A DNA stretch of 64,000 nt, from assembly GCA_963737175.1 (NCBI GenBank), contig CAVTRQ010000019.1, positions 52,521 through 116,520 on the forward strand, written 5' to 3'. Below the pieces are notes generated by a model. It saw only the letters and a program-made list of their open reading frames with translations. It made no database searches and was not told the origin of the DNA. Below are positions 57,134 through 64,000 of this stretch, piece by piece; the first letter of the stretch is position 1; every line of letters starts with the position of its first letter. The DNA is from an uncultured Acidobacteriota bacterium. GTDB taxonomy: Bacteria > Acidobacteriota > Terriglobia > Terriglobales > Acidobacteriaceae. The position numbers were made by a program, and so were the translations under genes.

Positions 57134-57634
57134 ATGAAGCGCGGTTTATTTTTGCTCATTCTTATTTTGGCTGCCGCCAGTATTTTGCAGGCGCAGGACA
57201 ATTGGTCGTTCTTCAAGGGTACGGTGACCGAGATGCGAACGGTTGATTGTCCGTCGCAGCACGGGATCGCGGCCGCCATGTCGGGAGTTCCGTCTCCCCC
57301 GGGAATCACCTGTCCTGAGTACACGGTGGTGGGCGACAGAGTTGTGTACGTAGTGGTGGGGCGGCGCACCGAGGAGTTCATCCCGTTGGCGGAGAATATG
57401 AATTTCCAGATCCGCAAGAACGAACTCGTCACCTTCTCTGATAACGAAAAGAAGTCGCGCTTTGTGATTCAGCGGATGATCCTGCGGACGGAGTGGGATC
57501 GGAGTAAGGCTCGAAAAGATCTCGCGTTAAAAGTACTGGCGGAGCATGGCGTGGACTACGATCCGCACGCTCCTCCAGAGTCCGCCGGGCCGCACAACCC
57601 GCCCGAGCCCGCTTTGTCCACCAACACAAGATGA
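57134..57634 (+). CDS. Secreted protein of unknown function
   Basis: AGGAGG lies 5 nt upstream of ATG 57134. Signal peptide 'MKRGLFLLILILAAASILQAQ'. I recognise no domain. Confidence 0.6.
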   Translation: MKRGLFLLILILAAASILQAQDNWSFFKGTVTEMRTVDCPSQHGIAAAMSGVPSPPGITCPEYTVVGDRVVYVVVGRRTEEFIPLAENMNFQIRKNELVTFSDNEKKSRFVIQRMILRTEWDRSKARKDLALKVLAEHGVDYDPHAPPESAGPHNPPEPALSTNTR

Positions 57635-57741
57635 GTACCGTAGCAGCGCCGGAGAAGGTTGCATGAACGGCGCGAAGCGCGCAGTGCTGCGATCGGAAGT
57701 CCGCGGCGATTGAAGAAAAGAAGTTGGCCAAGAGATTCGCA

Positions 57742-58713
57742 ATGCAGTTTGTTTCACAGGGCCGAATCGTAGTCCTTCTGTTTTTATTGTTCCTCGCTAA
57801 CAGTCTGTCCTCTGCTTCCCTCTACGCTGCCAACGATGCCGGATACACTTTCAGCACTAATGCAGACATAGTGCAACTGGTTTTCTCCGCTCGGGACCGT
57901 CAAGGCCACGCGATCAAGACACTTCTCGCCTCCGACATTGCGGTGGTCGACAACGGATCGATCATCCGCCGTTTTCGCAGCTTCCGGCCGACAGCGGAGA
58001 GTCCGCTGGACATTGTGATCCTGCTCGATGCCAGCGACTCGGTAGCGTCGCAAATACCGGAAGAGATTAGCGCGGTAAAGGATTTCATCCGAGACTCGGA
58101 CTGGGGCGAGCACGACAGGATCTCGATTCTGGCCTTTGGCGGGCGCAGACCCCAACTGCTTTGCGCTCGCAACTGCATGAGAGACACCGCAGCGGTGAAG
58201 TTGAATGCTCTGCGCGCCAATGGCTTAACGCCACTCTATGACGCGCTGTACCAAGCCACTGAACTGCTGAAGGAAACTCTTGACGAGGAGTCGCGTCCGG
58301 CGATGATCCTGTTCTCCGACGGCGAGGACACGGTCAGTACGCATGGCATGTACGACGCGTTGCAGGCCGCGCAGAACATTCAGTCTGCGATCTACTCGGT
58401 CAGCTCCCGCTCAAAAAAGTTCGAGCACACCCAAGGGGATGCAGTGCTGAACTATCTTGCGGCGAGCACCGGCGGGCTGAGCTTTGCACCGGGAGAGAAC
58501 GTTAAGAAAGTTCTGCGCTCAGTGGTTGAGGATCTGCACAGCGGGTATGTACTGACCTACGAATTGCCAGGAGAAATCACGGGGCAACACTCGGTGCGAA
58601 TTCTGCCGACCCGCGATCCGAGACTGCAATTCCGCTCCCGCCAGGCATACACCTGCACCAGCTTGAGCGGGACCAGTAAGACTTCAGCGAGCCGCAGGAG
58701 CACGCTGCGATAA
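57742..58713 (+). CDS. VWA-domain protein of the acidobacterial VWFA-related type
   Basis: Signal peptide 'VVLLFLLFLANSLSSASLYA'. N-terminal beta module 'VQLVFSARDRQGHAIKTLLASDIAVVDNGSII'. MIDAS 'LLDASDS', then 'LTPLYDAL' and 'ILFSDGEDT'. An alternative TTG start exists at 57724. Confidence 0.75.
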   Translation: MQFVSQGRIVVLLFLLFLANSLSSASLYAANDAGYTFSTNADIVQLVFSARDRQGHAIKTLLASDIAVVDNGSIIRRFRSFRPTAESPLDIVILLDASDSVASQIPEEISAVKDFIRDSDWGEHDRISILAFGGRRPQLLCARNCMRDTAAVKLNALRANGLTPLYDALYQATELLKETLDEESRPAMILFSDGEDTVSTHGMYDALQAAQNIQSAIYSVSSRSKKFEHTQGDAVLNYLAASTGGLSFAPGENVKKVLRSVVEDLHSGYVLTYELPGEITGQHSVRILPTRDPRLQFRSRQAYTCTSLSGTSKTSASRRSTLR

Positions 58714-58792
58714 CAGGTATCGCCACTTCGCACACGATAACTCCACTATGGTTCGCCCTTGTCCGGCAGTGCGATCCCGCGCTTGCAGGAGT

Positions 58793-59194
58793 TTATTTTG
58801 CATCCGGCACGGTCGTCTGCGACGGAAATGTATTTGCGCCTTTCGGCGTGTCGGTTCCATCTGGAGCTATGGTGTCACCGTAACGGTCTCGCCTGTCTCC
58901 CGGAGGCGTAGGGCCTACTCCTTGCGTGTTTTGCGTTGTTGAGTTGCTCATGCTGGACGGCTGCGAAGCGCGAGAGCTTTTATCAAACGTATTTGCGCCC
59001 TTCGGTGTGTCGGTGCCATCTGGAGCTATCGTGTCACCATAACGATCTCTCCGGTCTCCCGGTGGCGTGACACTTGTTCCTTGCGTGCTTTGCTGTGCTG
59101 TCGAGGTGCTCTGTGCGCTGGAATCTGTTGATTGGCCCATTACGGTACCGCACGACAGTAGCGCGATCGAGGCCAAACAGATGAACTTCTTCAT
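58793..59194 (-). CDS. Small secreted protein with an internal duplication
   Basis: Signal peptide 'MKKFICLASIALLSCGTVMGQ'. 'TPPGDRRDRYGDTIAPDGTDTPKGANTF' occurs twice. Confidence 0.65.
   Translation of the reverse strand: MKKFICLASIALLSCGTVMGQSTDSSAQSTSTAQQSTQGTSVTPPGDRRDRYGDTIAPDGTDTPKGANTFDKSSRASQPSSMSNSTTQNTQGVGPTPPGDRRDRYGDTIAPDGTDTPKGANTFPSQTTVPDAK
58830..58909. repeat. 80-nt repeat, copy 1 (coding)
   Basis: Aligns without gaps to 58989-59068, with 9 mismatches by my count. Confidence 0.85.
58989..59068. repeat. 80-nt repeat, copy 2 (coding)
   Basis: See copy 1. The spacing is 159 nt (53 codons). Confidence 0.85.
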
Positions 59195-59448
59195 ACTGAC
59201 CTCCTCATTCTGTTCCGGAGTATTAGATGCATTAGTCTTCGCAGTAGTCTAGAAGACTTTTCGGGTCAGATTTCGTTTGGATCACCTCCGGAATTCTGTG
59301 AAGCCTTGATACGCAACTCCATCCTGACGTCCAGTTTCTAATTGTTAGAAATAAATAGAATGAAACGCTCTGCAGGTACGCTGTTGCTGATATTTCAGCT
59401 CACTGTACTGGCGATCCGCTTGGGAGGTTAGTGGAGGTACTTAGGGCG

Positions 59449-60558
59449 ATGACGAAGCGGTACGTATATGTTCTCGGCGGCACCGCAAGGCACTCACAGC
59501 AACGCCACAGACTTACCTTAATCTCAATTCTCTTGTTAACCTTAGCTCTTATTTTTTTACCCTCGTGCCGGCATCAGCCGTCGAGCTACGCGCAGCAACC
59601 CTCTCCTCCGCCTGGCGCACCAACTCATACGCAGGAAACACCCGAGCAGCTGCAGCAGTTGGTCGCACCGATTGCGCTCTACCCAGATTCGCTGGTGGCG
59701 CAAATTCTCGCGGCTTCCACCTTTCCCGAGCAGGTAGTCGAAGCCGACCGCTGGCTGCAATCGCATCCTGAGCTGAAGAATGAGGGGTTGGCGAAGGCTG
59801 TGGACCAGCAACCCTGGGATGCAAGCGTCAAGGCGCTCACCGCGTTTCCATTCGTACTCGGGAACATGGACAAGAATCTCTCCTGGACCTCGTCGCTTGG
59901 CGATGCTTATTACAACCAGCAGCAGAACGTGATGGACGCTATTCAGGTGATGCGCCAACGCGCGCAGCAAGCCGGTACTCTTAAGAGCACACCGCAGCAA
60001 TCCGTTTCCGATGGCTCTGACATTGTTATTCAGCCCGCCAATCCTCAGCTCGTCTACGTCCCCGCCTATGATCCATGGGGCGCCTACGGTTATGACGTGC
60101 CCCCTTGGCCGGATTGGTATGACTACCCTGGTATCTGGTTTGGCGGTCCTTACCTTGATTTTGGTTTCGGCTTCGGCGTGGGCTACTTTGGAGGCTTTGG
60201 ATGGGGCTGGAACCGTTGGGGATGTGACTGGCATCATCACGGCATCACGTTCGGCAACAGCCGGTACTACTCCAGCAGCCGCACCTTCTACAATCGGAGC
60301 AACTTTTATCGCGGCGGTGGCGGAGCGGCCGGCAGACCCTTTGAAGGTGACGCCCGTGCAGCTCGTGGTTTCGCCGAACCCCGTGGCCAGCGCGGCGTCC
60401 GTTCGGGTGCATTCAGCAACTATGGGCAGGGCGGACAGGCCAGGGGCTTTTCGTCGCGTGGCAGTTCTAGCTTCGGCGGAGGTCGCGGTGGCGGCTTTGG
60501 TGGCGGTCGCGGTGGTGGCTTCGGTGGTGGAGGGCATGGCGGTGGTGGGCACCGGTAA
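59449..60558 (+). CDS. DUF3300-family protein with Gly/Arg-rich C-terminal tail
   Basis: 'LVAPIALYPDSLVAQILAASTFPEQVVEADRWLQ' is the DUF3300 hallmark. The tail reads 'GGGRGGGFGGGRGGGFGGGGHGGGGHR'. Confidence 0.75.
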   Translation: MTKRYVYVLGGTARHSQQRHRLTLISILLLTLALIFLPSCRHQPSSYAQQPSPPPGAPTHTQETPEQLQQLVAPIALYPDSLVAQILAASTFPEQVVEADRWLQSHPELKNEGLAKAVDQQPWDASVKALTAFPFVLGNMDKNLSWTSSLGDAYYNQQQNVMDAIQVMRQRAQQAGTLKSTPQQSVSDGSDIVIQPANPQLVYVPAYDPWGAYGYDVPPWPDWYDYPGIWFGGPYLDFGFGFGVGYFGGFGWGWNRWGCDWHHHGITFGNSRYYSSSRTFYNRSNFYRGGGGAAGRPFEGDARAARGFAEPRGQRGVRSGAFSNYGQGGQARGFSSRGSSSFGGGRGGGFGGGRGGGFGGGGHGGGGHR

Positions 60559-60692
60559 TTAGAAACCAAAGTCCATCACTTGGAGCAACTCGTAATGGAG
60601 CAGCCATAAGGCCGAGAACGAGATTCTTTGGATTTGATTGCGTCACGCTAGCAACCGCCGCCCTCTGCGTCATTCACCTTTCTATTCTATCC

Positions 60693-60800
60693 ATGGCACA
60701 ACAGGCGCAACAGCGGGCCTTTTCATCGCCCGAGGAAACCAGCAACGTTCTCGTCTCGGCAACACAGAACAACGACGAAACAGCCATGATCGATATTCCG
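60693..60800 (+). pseudogene. Possible N-terminal remnant of a DUF2950-family gene
   Basis: 'AQQAQQRAFSSPEETSNVLVSATQNNDETAM' resembles the mature N-terminus of DUF2950 proteins, which usually follow DUF3300 genes. A hydrophobic signal-like stretch lies in frame upstream but has no start codon. There is no room for the remaining ~230 aa. Confidence 0.3.
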
Positions 60801-60918
60801 AATAGAATCTTACGCCCCCCGCATCGCGGCAACCTTTGGAATGTGGCGTGCTTCATTACGGAGGTACGATCGATCCAGGGGGATAAGGTCGCGCGAAAGT
60901 TTGATAACGAGGATTGGC

Positions 60919-61617
60919 ATGGCTCTGGAACCTCGCGTTCCCGGGGTGGATCTTGACGCTCTCGGACGTATAGATACGTGCATGGTCTGCAACGCAATCG
61001 AGACCTTTGAGGTCAGGCTGCGCAACACCGGTTTCGCGGACGCACACATTCAGTGCATGTTCAAAGATCTTCCTCCCATGTTGGGCTACGCGGCCACGGC
61101 TCGTCTTCGCACGGTTGAGCCCCCAATCGCTGGCGGCTCATACCGTGACCGCACTGACTGGTTGAACAGCATTCTTCAACTGCCTCCACCGCGGATCGTG
61201 GTTTTAGAAGATATCGACAAGCCACCGGGCGCCGGAGCGTTCCTCGGCGATACTCATGCCGCGATCTTACGGGCGCTCGGTTGCGTCGGGTATGTGACCA
61301 ATGGTGCAGTTCGGGAACTGCCGCGCGTACGTGCCATCGGACTTCAGCTATTTGCCGGAAGCGTCGCCGTGTCCCATGCTTACGCCCACATCTTCGACTT
61401 TAGCGCGGTGGTGAAGGTCGGCGGTCTTGAAGTGCATCCCGGCGATCTTTTGCATGGAGACTGTCACGGACTGTTGGCCATTCCGGGAGAGATCGCTTCC
61501 CGGATTCCCGCAGTCGTAGCCAGATTGCAGGAGGCCGAGCAAAAAATAATTGATTTCTGCCGATCGCCCGAATTTTCAGTGGAGAAGCTACGGCTCGTGC
61601 TCAAAGGGTCGAGTTAG
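60919..61617 (+). CDS. RraA-family protein (RraA / HMG-CHA aldolase-like)
   Basis: 'DTCMVCNAIE...RIVVLEDIDKPPGAGAFLGDTHAAILRALGCVGYVTNGAVRE...GGLEVHPGDLLHGDCHGLLAIP'. The start is taken at ATG 60919. Confidence 0.65.
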   Translation: MALEPRVPGVDLDALGRIDTCMVCNAIETFEVRLRNTGFADAHIQCMFKDLPPMLGYAATARLRTVEPPIAGGSYRDRTDWLNSILQLPPPRIVVLEDIDKPPGAGAFLGDTHAAILRALGCVGYVTNGAVRELPRVRAIGLQLFAGSVAVSHAYAHIFDFSAVVKVGGLEVHPGDLLHGDCHGLLAIPGEIASRIPAVVARLQEAEQKIIDFCRSPEFSVEKLRLVLKGSS

Positions 61618-61702
61618 TAATTGAGTAAGTGATAGGTTGCTGGTGAGGATGCCACAGAAGGCTAGTGTTCACCGCAGCGTGCCTCAAAAAGAGTGAATGC
61701 TA

Positions 61703-64000
61703 ATGTCAGGCTTTTCCATACGCAATCCGTATTTCATTGTCGTGATCTGTCTTGCACTGGTCATCATCGGTGTTACCAGCGTGGCGCGGATGCCTGTGGA
61801 CTTGTTTCCGACTATCAACCTGCCGGAGGTGGTTGTAGCTACTTTCTACTCAGGAATGCCGCCTCAGGATATTGAGACCGATATCACCGATCCTCTGGAG
61901 CGGTTCTTCACTCTGGCCAGCGGCATCGACCACATGGAGTCGCGTTCACTGCTAGGTGTCAGTATCATTCGCGTTTATTTTCAGCCAGGAACCAACGCGG
62001 ATGCCGACGTAACTGAACTCTCAAATCTTGCACTGGCCGATCTGAAGCGCCTTCCTCCCGGCACCTTGCCTCCAGTAGTCTTGAAGTTCGACGCATCGAG
62101 CTTGCCGGTTTGCCTGGTAACACTAAAAGGAGAAAATTTAAATCAGACTCAACTCCACGATATAGGCCAATTTGCCATTCGCAACCAGATCGCAGTTGTG
62201 AAGGGCGCCGAGATTCCGCCTCCGTTCGGAGGCAAATACCGGCAGATCATGGTGTATGTCGATCCCTACAAACTGACCTCCCGGCAGTTGGGCCCGATGG
62301 ACGTTGTGAGCGCAGTAAACAAATCTAACCTTATCCTGCCTGCAGGAGATGTGAAGTGGGGGCCGTACGACTACTACGTGTACTCGAATAGCCTGGTTAC
62401 GGACATGACTCAACTCGGACACGTTCCAGTGAAGACCGCCGGGAATTCGTGGGTGACGGTCAGCGATGTAGGCGGGGCAGAAGACGCGAATCAGATTCAA
62501 TACAACCTGGTGCGCGTAGATGGGCAGAAATCCGTGTATCTGCCGATCATGAAGCAGGGTGGCGATACCAATACCATTGAGGTCGTGAGCGGCATTCGCA
62601 AGATGATCCACCATCTCTTCGATATTCCAAAACAGTTGATCGCAAGCGTGGTGTTCGACCAGTCGGTGTTCGTGAAAGAAGCCATTCGCACCCTGCTTCA
62701 TGAAGGGTTAATCGGTCTGCTTCTTACCAGCCTGATGATCCTTGTGTTTCTGGGAAGCATGCGCGCAACCTCAGCTGTGTTTCTGTCGATTCCGTTGTCT
62801 GCACTGGCCACGTTCGTTGTTCTGAGCATAAGTGGCAGCACCGTAAACACCATGATTTTAGGTGGGTTGGCACTTGCGTTCTCTCGCATCATTGATAATT
62901 CCGTAATCTCACTGGAAAACATCTATCGTCATCTTGAAATGGGCGCTCCTCCAGAGGTGGCCGCCGAGACTGGAGGTTCGGAAGTCAGCCTTGCCGTGTT
63001 GGCAGCCACGCTGACAACTGTGGTTGTCTTCTTTCCAGTTACATTTCTTTATGGAGTAAGTAAGTTCTTGTTTTCAGCACTCGCGCTGGCGGTGGTGATC
63101 TCGTTGTTCGCTTCCTACGTTGTGGCCATGACGGTGATCCCGCTGTTCTGTTCACGATTTCTAAAGTCTGTGCCACATCACGCCGGGCATGGCCCAGAGG
63201 ACGGAATGCCATCTTTGTGGAAGCGGTTCAACTACGCCTTTAATCGCCTGTTCAATAAGCTCTTGGATTCTTATGAATTCTGGGTAAGGCGTGCATTGAC
63301 ACGACCAGGGCGGACGGTTGCTGTGCTCATGGTTTTGTTTCTACTGAGCCTCGCCATTTACCCCCTTCTAGGATTGGCGTTTTTCCCGCAAACCGATGCC
63401 GGGCAATTCACGATCAACATGAAAGTTCCAACAGGCACTCGCATTGAAGTGACTGAGCAATATGTCGCAAAAGTTGAGGATTTAGTACATCACGTCGTCG
63501 ATCCTAAAGATTTCAAGATGGTCGTTTCCAACATAGGCGTGGTTCCGGACTTCTCCTCGTCTGTACACGACTAACGCCGGACCGTATACCGCTACGATCC
63601 AGGTAGCTCTGAATGACCCACATCGTGTGAGCAGCTTTGAGTATATGAACCGAGTGCAGAAGGACATAACAGACAAGATGCCGGAGGTTCGGACCTTCTT
63701 TACAAGCGGTTCAATGGTAGATGCGATCCTAAACATGGGAATGCCTGCGCCGATCGATGTCCAGGTGAGCAGTCCGGACCTACCCCAGATTTACGGCATA
63801 GCACAGGATTTGGCTGTTCGTATACGGCAATTGACTGGGTGTTGGCGAAGTCTACATTCCGCAGGACATGAACTACCCGGCACTGCAGTTGGATGTGGAC
63901 CGCGTACATGCCGGTGAACTTGGACTGACGCAAAAGGATGTCGTGGACAATGTCATCACGGCGCTCAATTCCAATTACATGATCGCACCCAACTACTGGG
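61703..64000 (+). pseudogene. RND efflux transporter permease (AcrB/CzcA superfamily), runs off the window; frame broken at least twice near 63.56 and 63.84 kb
   Basis: 'MSGFSIRNPYFIVVICLALVIIGVTSVARMPVDLFPTINLPEVVVATFYSGMPPQDIE'. The continuation 'MGMPAPIDVQVSSPDL' and then 'VYIPQDMNYPALQLDVDRVHAGELGLTQKDVVDNVITALNSNYMIAPNYW' lie in other frames. Confidence 0.8.

Noticed and set aside
56965-57432. 155-aa minus-strand ORF overlapping the 57134..57634 gene.
   Set aside because: The plus-strand gene has a strong AGGAGG-ATG start and a canonical signal peptide. The minus-strand ORF has neither and spans the structured intergenic element.
1-64000. Search by eye for tRNA (T-loop GGTTCGAATCC-type), rRNA and CRISPR-like regularly spaced repeats.
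   Set aside because: None was found. The only periodic repeats are coding repeats (21541-21594, 52324-52878, 58830-59068) and the short non-coding repeats reported above. A covariance-model scan would be needed for certainty.

Overview
This is a 64-kb chromosomal window, most likely from an Acidobacteriota (Terriglobia-like) genome. That origin is inferred from gene content only: an acidobacterial-type VWA protein, DUF3300, a very large SLBB-type exporter, and GC-rich coding sequence with many long antisense shadow ORFs. The left ~29 kb is a minus-strand Wzx/Wzy-type exopolysaccharide locus. It encodes a priming sugar transferase, a PAP2-Wzi protein, rmlC/rmlD, a Wza-like exporter, a PCP, Wzx, glf, four glycosyltransferases, a Wzy-like protein and an O-acetyltransferase. 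An accessory/regulatory module follows it. That module holds a NusG paralog behind a 1.2-kb ORF-free leader, two LuxR regulators with degenerate receiver domains, a PilZ protein, two paralogous clan-A-like glycoside hydrolases, a methyltransferase and a CelD/FemAB-like acyltransferase. It also carries an IS-transposase remnant at its outer edge and a reverse-transcriptase remnant inside it. The middle of the window holds a collagen-like secreted protein with a divergent glycosyltransferase, a tandem Usp, an ~800-aa orphan secreted protein, a DEAD-box helicase, an Opu-type ABC transporter, an M23 peptidase and a transcarboxylase-type operon. The right part holds an OmpA-family protein, a GT-C-like membrane protein, a zinc-ribbon/12-residue-repeat membrane protein, a PLD/cardiolipin-synthase-like protein, a lactate permease, a VWA protein, DUF3300, an RraA-like protein and a partial RND pump. 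I recognised no rRNA, tRNA or CRISPR array. Roughly twenty reading-frame breaks are clustered in three blocks (23.2-28.8 kb, 38.2-46.8 kb and beyond 63.5 kb), while the remaining ~45 kb is frame-intact. I cannot tell from the sequence alone whether these are assembly indels or real pseudogenes. All family assignments come from motif recognition by eye; no database search was run.
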